A stretch of DNA of 64,000 bases, from the NCBI GenBank assembly GCA_036381895.1, contig DASVBY010000045.1:1981-65980 (forward strand), in the 5' to 3' direction. Positions 9,526-20,361 of the stretch are shown one piece after another. The position numbers and the translations under genes are program-made. Position 1 is the stretch's first letter; every line of letters begins with the position of its first letter. The stretch is from Burkholderiales bacterium (GTDB taxonomy: Bacteria; Pseudomonadota; Gammaproteobacteria; Acidiferrobacterales; Sulfurifustaceae). Below the pieces are notes generated by a model, which saw only the letters and a program-made list of their open reading frames with translations, had not been told where the DNA came from and made no database searches.

Positions 9526-10728
9526 ATGCTCAGGCGGTTGTTGTTCGCTGCAGTCTCGTGGATGCTTGCGACAGGGATGGTGAAGGCGGAACTTTCCGAC
9601 GGCGTTATCAAGATCGGCGTGCTCTCGGATTTTTCGGGCCCGTACGCGGAGATCGGGGGCACCGGTTCGGCGCTCGCCGCGCGGATGGCGGTCGAGGACT
9701 TCGGCGCCGCGCAGAAGGGCATGCGCGTCGAGATCGTGTCGGCCGATCACAAGAACAAGCCGGAGATCGGAGCCGAGATCGCGCGGCGCTGGTACGACGC
9801 CGAGGGCGTCGACGTGATCGTGGACGTGCCCACCTCCTCGGTGGCGCTCGCGGTTCACGAGATCACGCGCGCCAAAGGGAAAGCCTTCCTCGCGTCCGGA
9901 CCCGGCAGTTCCGATCTCACGGGCAAGGCGTGCTCGCCCAATACCGTCCACTGGACCTACGACACCTGGGCGCTCGCGAACGGTACCGGATCGGTGATCG
10001 TGCTGACGGGCGGAAAGAAGTGGACGTTTCTCACCGCCGACTATGCCTTCGGCCACGCGCTGCAGCGCGACACGGAGGCCGCCGTGGTGAGCGCCGGCGG
10101 GCAGCGCGTGGACAACATCGTGCATCCGTTTCCGAACGCGGATCTCACGCCGTTCCTGCGCAAGGCGCTCGCGACCGATGCCGACATCATCGGGCTCGCG
10201 AACGCAGGCAGCGACACCACCAACGCGCTCAAGCAAGGCGCGGCGATGGGCATTGCGCGGCGCGGCAAGCAGTTCGCGGGCCTGCTCGTGTTCATCAGCG
10301 ATGTGCATACGGTCGGCCTCGAGACCGCGCAGGGTCTGCTGCTCACCTCGGCGTTCTACTGGGACCTCAACGACAAAACGCGCGAGTGGGCGCAGCGCTT
10401 CTTCCGGGAGCAGCAGCGCATGCCGACGATGGTCCACGCCGGCGTGTACAGCTCCGTGCTGCACTATCTGCGCGCGGTCGAGGCCCTCGGCGCGGACGAT
10501 GGAACGCGCGTGGTCGCGAAGATGAAGCGGCTACTCGCGAACGACCCGCTGTTCGGCGTCGGCCGCATCCGTCGCGACGGGCGCAAGATCCATCGGCTCT
10601 ACCTGTTCGAGGTGAAGAAGCCGTCGCAGTCCAAAGGGCCGTGGGATTATTACCGCCTGCGCGGCATCATCCCGGCGGATACCGCGTTTCGCTCGGAACG
10701 GGAGGGCGGCTGCCGCCTCGGGCGGTGA
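9526..10728 (+). CDS. ABC transporter substrate-binding protein, LivK/branched-chain amino acid type (solitary)
   Basis: Signal peptide MLRRLLFAAVSWMLATGMVKA followed by IKIGVLSDFSGPYA, typical of type I periplasmic binding proteins. AGGAGA lies 5 nt upstream of ATG 9526. No permease or ATPase genes are adjacent. Confidence 0.8.
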   Translation: MLRRLLFAAVSWMLATGMVKAELSDGVIKIGVLSDFSGPYAEIGGTGSALAARMAVEDFGAAQKGMRVEIVSADHKNKPEIGAEIARRWYDAEGVDVIVDVPTSSVALAVHEITRAKGKAFLASGPGSSDLTGKACSPNTVHWTYDTWALANGTGSVIVLTGGKKWTFLTADYAFGHALQRDTEAAVVSAGGQRVDNIVHPFPNADLTPFLRKALATDADIIGLANAGSDTTNALKQGAAMGIARRGKQFAGLLVFISDVHTVGLETAQGLLLTSAFYWDLNDKTREWAQRFFREQQRMPTMVHAGVYSSVLHYLRAVEALGADDGTRVVAKMKRLLANDPLFGVGRIRRDGRKIHRLYLFEVKKPSQSKGPWDYYRLRGIIPADTAFRSEREGGCRLGR

Positions 10729-10730
10729 CG

Positions 10731-12623
10731 CTACTGTCTCCCGCGCTCGGCGCCGCGCGGCATACGCTTCGGCGGCGTGTCGGCGAGGAGCTTCCGGCAG
10801 TTCTCATCCTGGGCGACGCCCGGCTCGACGAGCGGCACCAGCGCCGCGAGCGGGCCGAGCAGGGTGCCGAGCGCGAGCGCGGCGGCGCCGCGGCCGGCGC
10901 TGGTGCTCGCGTCGACGGACGGGCTGGCGAACGAGCCGCTGATGCCGATCGGCCCGCGCGCGGACAGTATGCTCGCGTCCTTCGGGAACGTGCGGATCGT
11001 GAGATCCAGCGTCTCGGCGGACAGATTGATCATTCCGTCGAGCGTGATCGCGCTGTCGCGCGTGTCGAGCACGACCGGCTGCGGCCGCAGCACGCCGTCC
11101 TTCGCGTCGAACGCCATGAAGGCGCAGCGGATCGGCGTCTGCTCTTCGGCCTGGCCGGCGACGAGGAGCAGCTCGCCGAGATCGACGCCGATCGCCTCGA
11201 TCAGGTCTGCGCGAATCGAGCCCTCGCGCATCACGACCAGCACCTGCCCGTCGAGATTGCCGAGCAGCTTCTCGATGTCGGCCCCGCTCGAGCGCAGATC
11301 GATGCGCCCGCTGATCTGCCCGGTCATCGCCGGCTGCCGCCCGGTGGCTGCGGATTCGACCTTGAGTCCGCCGAGCGTGAGCCGCACGATCGCGACCGGC
11401 ACGGGCGGCCGGGCATCGAATTCGAGCGCCCCCTCGATCCGGCCGTGCGCCACCGCGAGCGAGAGCGGCCGCACCGTCAGGCGCCCCTTCTCGAGCGTGA
11501 GCACCAGCGCGAGATCGCGCACCGGCACCGGCGCGTTCACGACGGCACCGACCCGCAGGTCGACCCGGGCATCGAGCTGGCGCAGCGGCGCCAGCTCGAT
11601 GGGCATGGACGGAATGAGCTCCTTGGGTCCGCGGGCCCGGCGTTCCGGCGCCCGGCGGCGGGATTGCGGCTGCCGCGGCAGCTCGAGGCGGTTGAGGCGC
11701 AGCGTGGCCTGCAGCCTCGGCGGTACGGCGTCGGCGTCGAGCCGCGCGTCGCCGGTGAGGCGCTGCGCGCCGAGCGCGGCGTCGATACCTTCCGCTAGCC
11801 AGTGACTGCGGTCGCGCGTCACGCGGGCGCTGAGCGCGAGATCGGCGCGGCGCAGCGCCGCGGGAACGGACACGAAGCCGAGCTTCACCGAGCCGGGCAG
11901 GTGCAGCGCCAGCTCGAGATCGGGCCGCGCGGTGGTGCCCGTGATTCGCAGTGTACCGTCGGCGATTGCCACGGTGCCGTCGATGTCGAAGTTCAGGCGC
12001 TCATCGAGCGGACGCGCCTCGATATCGAGGCGCACCGGCTGCGACTCGAGCCGGGCCGCGCCGGTGAGGCGGGCGGCGCCCTGCGCCGGCAGCGCGCCGA
12101 CGATGCGCTCGAGCGGCAGGTCGATCGGTTCCCTGAGCGCGGCGTCGACGTAGGTGACGCGGCCGCCGCGCACCTCCAGATGCTCGATCACGGGGAGCGC
12201 GGGCGGCGGCTCCTCCTTTTCCGGCGCCTTCTCGAAGTCCCAGTTGACTTCGCCCGCCTCGTTGCGAATCAGATGCAGACGTGGATCGGTGATCAGCAGG
12301 CGCCGCAGCACGACGTCGCCGCGAAGGAGCGGGGCCACCGCCAGCTCGAGCTGCAGGTCGCGTAGCGCGAGCAGCGGCTGCGGCGAGGGCAGCGAGCCGG
12401 CGACCCGAAGGCCGCGGATGCGCACGCCGATCGTCTGCAGGCCCGCATCGATATCGAGCTCGCCTTCGATGCGGACGTCGGTTCCGACGGCATCGCCGAC
12501 GCGGGCCGCGATTCCGTCCTTGACCGCGTTCCAGTCGAACCAGCGCAGCAGCGCCGCCGCGAGGAGCAGCAGGAACAGGAGTACGGCCAGCGTCGCGAGC
12601 GCAACCCGCGCGACCGTGTGCAT
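10731..12623 (-). CDS. AsmA family outer-membrane biogenesis protein
   Basis: N-terminal transmembrane anchor VALATLAVLLFLLLLAAALL, then a repetitive beta-rich body and an AsmA-like C-terminus (TFPKDASILSARGPIGISGSFASPSV). Start is ATG 12623, with ATG 12659 as an alternative. Confidence 0.75.
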   Translation of the reverse strand: MHTVARVALATLAVLLFLLLLAAALLRWFDWNAVKDGIAARVGDAVGTDVRIEGELDIDAGLQTIGVRIRGLRVAGSLPSPQPLLALRDLQLELAVAPLLRGDVVLRRLLITDPRLHLIRNEAGEVNWDFEKAPEKEEPPPALPVIEHLEVRGGRVTYVDAALREPIDLPLERIVGALPAQGAARLTGAARLESQPVRLDIEARPLDERLNFDIDGTVAIADGTLRITGTTARPDLELALHLPGSVKLGFVSVPAALRRADLALSARVTRDRSHWLAEGIDAALGAQRLTGDARLDADAVPPRLQATLRLNRLELPRQPQSRRRAPERRARGPKELIPSMPIELAPLRQLDARVDLRVGAVVNAPVPVRDLALVLTLEKGRLTVRPLSLAVAHGRIEGALEFDARPPVPVAIVRLTLGGLKVESAATGRQPAMTGQISGRIDLRSSGADIEKLLGNLDGQVLVVMREGSIRADLIEAIGVDLGELLLVAGQAEEQTPIRCAFMAFDAKDGVLRPQPVVLDTRDSAITLDGMINLSAETLDLTIRTFPKDASILSARGPIGISGSFASPSVDASTSAGRGAAALALGTLLGPLAALVPLVEPGVAQDENCRKLLADTPPKRMPRGAERGRQ

Positions 12624-12989
12624 GATGCGCGATTCCTCGAGCCCGGCGGCTCCGAGCATGCCGGCGGCCGGCGAAGCAGGCGGGTAACGTTGCGACTCCG
12701 GCGCGCGGGGAAAGTTTCGCCGGCAGCGACCGTCGAGACGGCGTTGCGATCTGGGGCGGGATAGGCTGCGAAGACCGCACTCGAAGGAGGGGAATCCGAG
12801 ATTTCCTTGAAAATGCGGGTCCTTGGCTTGAGCCGGTTCGTCGGGTGCGGTAGTAATAGAATCGTGGCCGCGACTGCAACGGCGCGTTGCGCCTCGTGCA
12901 ACTCGGTCGCATTCCAAGAACTGCCGGCTCCGTGTTGCCTCAAGGGGAAAGGGAGATGTGCGGCGCCCGCGCCGCGAGGGAACGTGCCC

Positions 12990-13415
12990 ATGACGGCTGC
13001 ACACGAACCGATTCGCGTACTGCTAGTTGATGACAATCGGGACGTCGCCGACAGTCTTGCCTGCGCGCTTGCGCTCGACGGCGTGGACGTCGAGGTCGCC
13101 TACGAAGCCGAATCCGCACTCGACAAGGCGCGCAAGTTCGTCCCGCAGGCGGTGATCCTGGACCTGATCCTTCCGGGTATCGATGGCTATGTGCTCGCGC
13201 AGTCGCTGCGCGGCGCCTGCAGCGGCGCTTTTCTCGTCGCGTATACGGGCGACGGCACCGAGGCCGCGCGGCTGCGTTGCGCGAACGCCGGCATCGACGC
13301 CTACGTGCTGAAGCCCGCAGATCCGCGCGAGCTTCTGGGCATGATACTGCGTGCAACGGGCAGAACGTCTTCGGAGGCATGGGCCCGCGTCGCCGGCGCG
13401 AGCCCCGGCAGCTGA
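12990..13415 (+). CDS. single-domain (CheY-like) response regulator receiver protein
   Basis: IRVLLVDDNRD, AVILDLILPGIDG (phospho-acceptor Asp), AYTG and YVLKP motifs. No output domain. GAGGGA lies 9 nt upstream of the ATG. Confidence 0.85.
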   Translation: MTAAHEPIRVLLVDDNRDVADSLACALALDGVDVEVAYEAESALDKARKFVPQAVILDLILPGIDGYVLAQSLRGACSGAFLVAYTGDGTEAARLRCANAGIDAYVLKPADPRELLGMILRATGRTSSEAWARVAGASPGS

Positions 13416-13617
13416 AGCGCAGGACACTGTCCGTTCGCGGGTGAGCTGCCTGGACGCGCGCGTCACGTCTTGCTTCCTCGGCGTCCGCTTCGATATCACT
13501 AAAATAGCCGCGCGGGCCCGTCGCCCGCGAATGGCGTTCTCTTGAACGGCACTTTGGACAACACGGGCGCCCGTCGAGCGCTCCTCGGGCTGCCGCTTTA
13601 TGCATTGGGGGCAAGCC

Positions 13618-14151
13618 ATGGATTGGCTCTTCGGGATCGATTGGGCAAAGACGTTTCGGCCGGAACTGCCGCTACTCGAGATCGTCCTGCGCGGCACCTG
13701 CATGTACCTCGGAATCTTCGTCATCATGCGGCTGCTGCTCCGCCGGGAAGCGGGCATGGTGGCGGTTCCCGACATCCTGTTGATCGTACTGCTCGCCGAT
13801 GCGGCGCAGAACGGGCTCGCGAACGGTTACAGCTCCATCATCGACGGACTGTTGCTGGTCGGTGTGTTGATCTCGTGGAACCTGGTGCTCGACCGGCTCG
13901 CTTACTACATCCCGGCCGTCGAGCGCTTCGTGCATCCTCCGCCGCTGCCGCTCGTGCGCAACGGCCGCCTGCTGCGCGCCAACCTCAAGCGCGAGTACAT
14001 TTCGCATGAAGAGCTCTGGACGCAACTGCGGGCGCAGGGGATCGAGAGCCTGGCGGAAGTGCGGTCGGCGCAGATCGAGGCGGACGGCACGGTGACCGTG
14101 ATCCGGCGCGACCATGCGGACACTGCGCCGACGCGCCGGCGCATCCCGTGA
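13618..14151 (+). CDS. DUF421 (YetF-like) membrane protein
   Basis: N-terminal transmembrane segments followed by a soluble C-terminal domain (LVRNGRLLRANLKREYISHEELWTQLRAQGIESLAEV), typical of DUF421. ATG 13600 is an alternative start. Confidence 0.7.
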   Translation: MDWLFGIDWAKTFRPELPLLEIVLRGTCMYLGIFVIMRLLLRREAGMVAVPDILLIVLLADAAQNGLANGYSSIIDGLLLVGVLISWNLVLDRLAYYIPAVERFVHPPPLPLVRNGRLLRANLKREYISHEELWTQLRAQGIESLAEVRSAQIEADGTVTVIRRDHADTAPTRRRIP

Positions 14152-14241
14152 CCCGGCCGGCCCGGCGCGAACCGACGCCTGGGGAGGTCGACTCGCCCCG
14201 TGCAAGGGTAAAGGGTAGTAGTGCCGGTCCCCGGCGCTGCG

Positions 14242-15114
14242 CTACTCGAAACCAGGCGGCGCGGCCGGCATCGCTTCCTGCCCCGCGGGTCCCTGGTATA
14301 CCTCGAGCGCGTTCACGACGTCGCACACGCCCTCGATGTACCAGACGTCGCGCTCGGCCATGCGTTTTTCTTCCCTGGTGGCAACCATCCCGCGCAGCGT
14401 CACGCGCCCGTCGCGCACCTGCGCGTCGATCTGACCCGAATGCACGATGGGATCCTTGTTCAGCACGAGCTCGACCGCATCGCGGATCTCGCCGTCGGTG
14501 TCGTGTTCGACCGGCCGGACCTGCAGCTCGTTGACAACGTTGCGGCAGCCGGGCGCCCGCCATGCGAGCACGGCGGCAAGGCGCTTGCGGGAACGGCTCC
14601 AGACTTCGCCCGAGAGCGTCACCACGCCGCCGGCGACCGCCACCTCGAGGCGCCCTTCGGGAGCGTCGGGCGCGCGTTCGACCGCGTCCGGGCTGCCGGC
14701 CACGCGACAGTGGATCACCATGCGCTGGAAAGATGGCTCCTCGAGAAGCTGCCGGCGGACGGCATCGCGTATCGTGCCATCGCCGAGGGCGGCCGTGGGG
14801 CGGACGCGCAGCCGATCGTCGACGCGCGCCACGCCCTCGACCTGCTTCGCGAGCTCGACGGCTGCGCGCTTCTCCTCGATGTCTTCGAGTTCACCGGCGA
14901 GCAGGGCGGCGCCAGCCTGCAGCTCGATGTCGATCGCAGAGCGCCGCGGATGAACGCGCGGATCGTGCTCCAGCGCCGCGCGCACGTCCTTCTCGATGTC
15001 GCTACCGGCACGCACGCGGTCTTCTCCGTGAACCGCGCCCACGAGCGCGAGCCAGAGTAACGGACAAAGCGCGCCGCCCGCCGTTCCTGTGCTCAGCGAA
15101 GTCGCCCGACGCAC
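14242..15114 (-). CDS. BON-domain (OsmY-like) periplasmic protein, three BON repeats
   Basis: Three repeats of the pattern D..I...V...L......V......V.V.V..G.V.L.G.V. GTG 15114 gives a plausible signal peptide (RRATSLSTGTAGGALCPLLWLALVGAVHG). The longest ORF start is 15240. Confidence 0.7.
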   Translation of the reverse strand: MRRATSLSTGTAGGALCPLLWLALVGAVHGEDRVRAGSDIEKDVRAALEHDPRVHPRRSAIDIELQAGAALLAGELEDIEEKRAAVELAKQVEGVARVDDRLRVRPTAALGDGTIRDAVRRQLLEEPSFQRMVIHCRVAGSPDAVERAPDAPEGRLEVAVAGGVVTLSGEVWSRSRKRLAAVLAWRAPGCRNVVNELQVRPVEHDTDGEIRDAVELVLNKDPIVHSGQIDAQVRDGRVTLRGMVATREEKRMAERDVWYIEGVCDVVNALEVYQGPAGQEAMPAAPPGFE

Positions 15115-15590
15115 TGGTGTTTCCCGGAGCGGCCCTGACCGCCCGGGCTCGCGAGGCGGGGGTGCGGCGCCGACTGCGTGCGGCGGCATGGCCATCCGGA
15201 CCTGCATGTCCCGCGCGACTTCGGGCGCGATGCCCGTCATCGGGGCGGTGACCGCTTGCGCGGCGGCCGAGCTGCACGGGAATCGTCGGCCGCCGGCGCC
15301 TTGGGCGCAGAGGCGGCTGCAGTGCTACGGTCGACGGGACGCCATGAGGCATCCTCATGCTTCCGACGAGGCGGGTAACGTTCGTGGTGCAGGCGGCGCG
15401 GCAGAGGAGCGAATATACCTGAGCGCGGTACAGGGAAAGTGCCAATTGTGCAACGGATGGAGCTATGTGAGGCTCGCGAGCAACAACGAGACCAAATCGA
15501 CCGAACAGGCTTCCGCGGCGCCGCACGCGCCATGGGCAACTGCTTGTCGTCCGCTGGAAGGACGCTTTGGGAAGAACAAAGGAGAGCGCG

Positions 15591-16106
15591 ATGAAATTTC
15601 CTCTGGTCGTAGCATTGGTAACCGCGTTGGCCGCTGGCCCGGTATGTGCACAAGGCGGCCGGCCGGCGAATCCGATCTACTTCGGCGTCAAGGGTGGACT
15701 GATCGACCATGACTTTTCGGGTTTCGACGAGGCGACGAACCTGGGGGTCTTCGTCGGCTACACGCTGTACGAAGACCCGAACGGCTCGTTCTTCGCGGAG
15801 GGCGAGTACACGCGGACGCTGAGCGACGGCGACTACCCCGGCGGCGAATGGGACCTCGAAACCCTCGCGGCGTACGGGGGCTATCGCACGGCCGGCACCT
15901 GGTTCGCGATGGCAAAGCTCGGGTTCGGCTGGTGGGACTTGAACGCGGACGGTGCGGCGACCCCGGCTGAGCGCGACGATACCGACTTCACGTTCGGCGC
16001 CGGTGGCGGCTACCGCGTCGACCGGGACACGGGGCTGCAGGTCGAATATACCCGCATAGAGAGCGACATCGACGCCCTCTGGTTCAGCTTCTTCACGCGC
16101 TTCTAA
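15591..16106 (+). CDS. small outer-membrane beta-barrel protein (OmpA-like/opacity-porin type)
   Basis: Signal peptide MKFPLVVALVTALAAGPVCAQ, alternating aromatic/Gly beta-strand pattern, C-terminal Phe (FFTRF). AAAGGAGAG SD lies upstream of ATG 15591. Confidence 0.7.
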   Translation: MKFPLVVALVTALAAGPVCAQGGRPANPIYFGVKGGLIDHDFSGFDEATNLGVFVGYTLYEDPNGSFFAEGEYTRTLSDGDYPGGEWDLETLAAYGGYRTAGTWFAMAKLGFGWWDLNADGAATPAERDDTDFTFGAGGGYRVDRDTGLQVEYTRIESDIDALWFSFFTRF

Positions 16107-16141
16107 GCGCGCCACGTCGCTGTTTTTCCGTCGGATTCGTC

Positions 16142-16165
16142 CCCGGGGCCGCTCGCGGCCCCGGG
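16142..16165 (+). terminator. GC-rich hairpin after the OMP gene
   Basis: CCCGGGGCCGC-tc-GCGGCCCCGGG gives 10-11 perfect base pairs, 36 nt after the stop at 16106. No U-tract follows. Confidence 0.35.
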
Positions 16166-16376
16166 CCCGGACAGTCGTTCTGTCTCGACGCGACCCGGAT
16201 TCGCGCACGCCGGCCTGGGGTCGCCGTTCCGCCTTTCTGCCGGCCCCCTAGCGGACGCCCACCCGGGATTGGAGTACATTACCTCCGTCGACCGCGGGCG
16301 TACGGCGCGTTGCCTTCGTCCCGCCTTCATCGTCCCGCGACGCTCGATACCTACTCGACAAGGAGGAGCCACCGCG

Positions 16377-16856
16377 ATGACTACCAGTGTTTCCCTGACC
16401 GTCAACGGTAAACCGGTGAGCGCTGAAATCGATCCGCGCATGCTGCTGGTGCAGTTCATTCGCGAGCATCTGGGGCTCACCGGCACTCATGTCGGCTGCG
16501 ATACCGGGCAATGCGGTGCCTGCACCGTGTTCGTCGACGGCTACGCGATCAAGTCGTGCATGGTGCTCACCGCGCAGGTGCAGGGTGCAGAAGTGACCAC
16601 GATCGAAGGTATCGGCGGCCCGAACGGGGAGATGCACCCGATGCAGGCCGCGTTCAAGGAATGCCACGGTCTGCAATGCGGTTTCTGCACGCCGGGAATG
16701 GTCATGAGCGCGATCGACCTCGTGAAGCGCAACGGCAAGGCGCTCACCGAAGAAACGATCCGGGCGGGGCTCGACGGCAATCTGTGCCGCTGCACCGGGT
16801 ACCACAACATCGTGAAGGCGGTGCAGCTCGGCGCCGCGAAGATGCAGGGGGTGTGA
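16377..16856 (+). CDS. coxS: (2Fe-2S)-binding small subunit of xanthine-dehydrogenase-family molybdoenzyme (CoxS-like)
   Basis: Two Fe-S motifs: [11 protein letters not shown] and CGFCTPGM...CRCTGY. AAGGAGGA SD lies upstream of ATG 16377. Confidence 0.9.
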   Translation: MTTSVSLTVNGKPVSAEIDPRMLLVQFIREHLGLTGTHVGCDTGQCGACTVFVDGYAIKSCMVLTAQVQGAEVTTIEGIGGPNGEMHPMQAAFKECHGLQCGFCTPGMVMSAIDLVKRNGKALTEETIRAGLDGNLCRCTGYHNIVKAVQLGAAKMQGV

Positions 16857-16857
16857 C

Positions 16858-19254
16858 ATGAATGCACCGAACGACGTGAGCACGGGCTCGGTCATCGGGG
16901 CGGCGGTGCGGCGCAAGGAAGACGCGCGCTTCCTCACCGGCAGCGGCCGCTACACCGACGATATCAGCATGCCCGGGCAGACCTATGCCTATTTCGTCCG
17001 TTCGCCGCACGCGCATGCGCGCATCGTGAGGATCGACAAGAGTGCGGCGCTCAAGGCGCCCGGGGTCCTCGGCGTCTACACCGGCGAGGACCTCGCGGCC
17101 GACAAGGTGGGGAGCCTGCCGTGCGGCTGGCTCATCACCGATGTCCACGGGCAGCCGATGAAGGAACCGCCGCATCCGCCGCTCGCGCAGGGCAAGGTGC
17201 GCTACGTCGGCGATCACGTCGCGGTGGTGATCGCCGAGAGCTACTGGCAGGCCAAGGATGCAGCGGAACTGGTCGACGTCGAGTACGAGCCGCTGCCCGC
17301 GGTGGTCGATGCGGTCGAGGCGCTGCGGCCCGGCGCGCCCGCGGTGCACGAGCAGGCACCCGACAACCTCTGCTACCGCTGGTCGCTCGGGGACAAGGCG
17401 GCGACCGACGCGGCGTTCGCGCAGGCGCACCACGTCACGAAGCTCGATATCGTGAACAACCGGCTCATTCCCAACGCGATCGAGCCGCGCGCCGCGCTCG
17501 CGCACTACAGCCGCGGGGAAGACGCGTACACGCTCTACGTCGCCAATCAGAATCCGCACGTCGAGCGGCTGCTCATGACGGCGTTCGTGCTCGGCCTGCC
17601 CGAGCACAAGGTGCGCGTCGTCGCGCCCGACGTCGGCGGCGGCTTCGGCTCGAAGATCTTTCTCTACGCCGAGGAGACCGTCATCACCTGGGCGTCGAAG
17701 AAGATCAACCGCCCGATCAAGTGGACCGCCGAGCGCGCGGAAGCGTTCCTGAGCGACGCGCACGGGCGCGATCACCACACGCACGCCGAGCTGGCGCTCG
17801 ACAAGAACGGCAAGTTCCTCGGCATGCGCGTGAAGACGGTCGCGAACCTGGGCGCGTATCTCTCGACCTTCGGCTCGTCGGTGCCGACGTACCTCTACGG
17901 CACGCTCCTCGCCGGGCAGTACACCACGCCCGCGATCTACGTCGAGGTCGATGCCGTCTTCACCAACACCGCGCCGGTCGACGCGTACCGTGGCGCCGGC
18001 CGGCCGGAGGCGACCTACGTGGTCGAGCGCCTCGTCTCAACCGCGGCGCGCGAGCTGGGGATCGACCAGGCCGAGATCCGGCGCCGCAACTTCATTACGC
18101 AGTTCCCGTACCAGACGCCGGTCGCGCTGACGTACGACACGGGCGACTACCACGCCTGTCTCGACGGGGCCATCAAGCTCGCCGACGTGGCCGGCTTTCC
18201 CAAGCGCCGTGCGGAGGCCGAGAAGCGCGGCAAGCTTCGCGGGCTCGGCTACTCCACTTATATCGAAGCGTGCGGGCTCGCGCCGTCGAACATCGCCGGT
18301 GCGCTCGGCGCCCGGGCGGGGCTGTTCGAGGTCGGCGAGATCCGCGTCAACCCGACAGGCACCGTGACCGTCTTCACCGGGTCGCACAGTCACGGCCAGG
18401 GGCACGAGACCACCTTCGCGCAGGTGGTCGCGGGCCGGCTCGGCATTCCGATCGAGAGCGTCGACGTGGTGCACGGCGATACCGGACGCATCCCTTTCGG
18501 GATGGGTACGTACGGCTCGCGCTCGATCGCGGTCGGCGGCACCGCGATCATGAAGGCGCTCGACAAGATCGAGGCGAAGGGCAAGAAGATCGCGGCGCAC
18601 CTGCTCGAGGCGGCGGAGAGCGACATCGAGTTCAAGGACGGCGTGTTCCGCGTCGCCGGCACGGACAAGAGCATCCCGTTCGCACAGGTGGCGCTGGCCG
18701 CCTACGTGCCGCACAACTACCCGCTCGACAAGCTCGAGCCGGGACTGAACGAGACCGCATTCTACGATCCGGCCAACTTCACGTACCCCGCGGGCGCGCA
18801 CATCTGCGAGGTCGAAGTGGATCCGGAAACGGGGGTGGTCGAGATCGTGAACTTCACGGCGGTCGACGACTTCGGCAACGTCATCAACCCGATGATCGTC
18901 GAGGGTCAGGTGCACGGCGGCATCGCGCAAGGCATCGGCCAGGCGCTGCTCGAGCAAGCGATCTACGACAAGCAGTCGGGGCAGCTCGTGACCGGCAGCT
19001 ACATGGACTACGCGTTGCCGCGCGCGGACGACCTGCCGAGCTTCCGGGTCGACACCCGCGTGACGCCCTGTACCCACAATCCGCTCGGGGTGAAGGGCTG
19101 CGGCGAGGCCGGCGCCATCGGCTCGCCGCCCGCCGTGATCGAGGCCATCATCGACGCGCTCGCACCGCTCGGCGTGAAGGACATTCCGATGCCGGCCACA
19201 CCGGAGGCGGTCTGGCGCGCGATTCAGCAGGCCCGGGGTCGGGCGGCGGCCTGA
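16858..19254 (+). CDS. coxL: molybdopterin-binding large subunit, form II CoxL-like (AYRGAGR active-site loop)
   Basis: 798 aa aldehyde oxidase/xanthine dehydrogenase family. The [12 protein letters not shown] loop is the form II signature, not the AYxCSFR loop of true CO dehydrogenases. Confidence 0.9.
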   Translation: MNAPNDVSTGSVIGAAVRRKEDARFLTGSGRYTDDISMPGQTYAYFVRSPHAHARIVRIDKSAALKAPGVLGVYTGEDLAADKVGSLPCGWLITDVHGQPMKEPPHPPLAQGKVRYVGDHVAVVIAESYWQAKDAAELVDVEYEPLPAVVDAVEALRPGAPAVHEQAPDNLCYRWSLGDKAATDAAFAQAHHVTKLDIVNNRLIPNAIEPRAALAHYSRGEDAYTLYVANQNPHVERLLMTAFVLGLPEHKVRVVAPDVGGGFGSKIFLYAEETVITWASKKINRPIKWTAERAEAFLSDAHGRDHHTHAELALDKNGKFLGMRVKTVANLGAYLSTFGSSVPTYLYGTLLAGQYTTPAIYVEVDAVFTNTAPVDAYRGAGRPEATYVVERLVSTAARELGIDQAEIRRRNFITQFPYQTPVALTYDTGDYHACLDGAIKLADVAGFPKRRAEAEKRGKLRGLGYSTYIEACGLAPSNIAGALGARAGLFEVGEIRVNPTGTVTVFTGSHSHGQGHETTFAQVVAGRLGIPIESVDVVHGDTGRIPFGMGTYGSRSIAVGGTAIMKALDKIEAKGKKIAAHLLEAAESDIEFKDGVFRVAGTDKSIPFAQVALAAYVPHNYPLDKLEPGLNETAFYDPANFTYPAGAHICEVEVDPETGVVEIVNFTAVDDFGNVINPMIVEGQVHGGIAQGIGQALLEQAIYDKQSGQLVTGSYMDYALPRADDLPSFRVDTRVTPCTHNPLGVKGCGEAGAIGSPPAVIEAIIDALAPLGVKDIPMPATPEAVWRAIQQARGRAAA

Positions 19255-19339
19255 GCGGCCGTTCGAGGCGAACTGATCGGCGCTTCGCTCCGGAGGTGCG
19301 GCTGCGCAGCCGGGGCGGACACAGCGAGAGGAGAAGAAC

Positions 19340-20134
19340 ATGTACGCATTCGAGTTTCATCGTGCGAAGAGCGTGGAGGAGGCCGTGGCGCTGCTCGCGC
19401 AGACCCAGGGCAAGCTCATCGCCGGCGGGCAGAGCCTGCTCGGAGCCATGAAGCTGCGGTTGTCGTCGCCGCCGAGCGTGATCGATCTCGGGGGCATCGC
19501 GGAGCTGCGCGGCATACGCAAGGAGAAGGATGCGATCGTGATCGGGGCCACCACGCGTCACGCGGAAGTGGCGGCGTCGCCCGAGGTACGGCGCGCGATC
19601 CCCGCGCTCGCGGCGCTCGCCGAGGGCATCGGCGACCGCCAGGTGCGCAACCTGGGAACGCTCGGCGGCTCGCTCGCGAACAACGATCCGGCGGCCGACT
19701 ACCCGGCCGGCGTGCTCGGGCTCGGCGCCACGGTGCGGACCAACAAGCGCGCGATCGCGGCGGACGACTTCTTCCGCGGCATGTACGAGACCGCGCTCGG
19801 CGACGACGAGATCATTACCGCCGTGAGCTTCCCGATCCCGCGGCGCGCGGCTTACGTCAAGTTTCCCAATCCCGCGTCGCGCTTCGCGCTGGTCGGCGTC
19901 TTCGTCGCCGATACGGCGGGGGGCATGCGCGTCGCCGTGACCGGGGCCGCGCCGAGCGTGTTCCGCGCGACGGAGATGGAGGCCGCGCTCACGAAGAACT
20001 TCGCCCCCGATGCGGTCAGGGGCGTGAGCATCGACCCCGGGAAGCTCAATAGCGACATTCACGCGAGCGCCGAGTACCGGGCGCACCTGATCGGCGTGCT
20101 CGCGGCGCGCGCGGTGGCGCAGGCGGCGAAGTAG
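19340..20134 (+). CDS. coxM: FAD-binding medium subunit (CoxM-like)
   Basis: FAD-binding PCMH-type domain (IAGGQSLLGAMKLR, GTLGGSLANNDPAADY). Gene order is S-L-M. Confidence 0.9.
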   Translation: MYAFEFHRAKSVEEAVALLAQTQGKLIAGGQSLLGAMKLRLSSPPSVIDLGGIAELRGIRKEKDAIVIGATTRHAEVAASPEVRRAIPALAALAEGIGDRQVRNLGTLGGSLANNDPAADYPAGVLGLGATVRTNKRAIAADDFFRGMYETALGDDEIITAVSFPIPRRAAYVKFPNPASRFALVGVFVADTAGGMRVAVTGAAPSVFRATEMEAALTKNFAPDAVRGVSIDPGKLNSDIHASAEYRAHLIGVLAARAVAQAAK

Positions 20135-20361
20135 GGCGCGCGTGCGCTCGCAGCGGCCGCGAACGCCGGACGCCGGCAGTAATTGCGCGGCGCGGCGTTC
20201 GCGGCGGCACTGCGCCCGCGAAGCGGCGCGCGCCAGGCGGTTCTTGCGTCGAGGTGCGCCTGATCCTCGTGCGCGGCACAGCGCCCCGTTTGGCCCGCGA
20301 ATGGCGTAAGATTGTCCGGTATCCATCGCGTCCCGCGTCCGTCCGCAGCTCGATAGTTCTC

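Noticed and set aside
12956-13030. 24-codon upstream ORF overlapping the start of the response regulator gene
   Set aside because: There is no conservation or motif evidence. Short ORFs like this are expected by chance.
15241-15590. 350-bp spacer upstream of the OMP gene, examined for small ORFs, riboswitch-like or tRNA-like structure
   Set aside because: I recognised nothing. The ORFs in the track here are compositionally spurious. The spacer is left unassigned, not shown to be empty.
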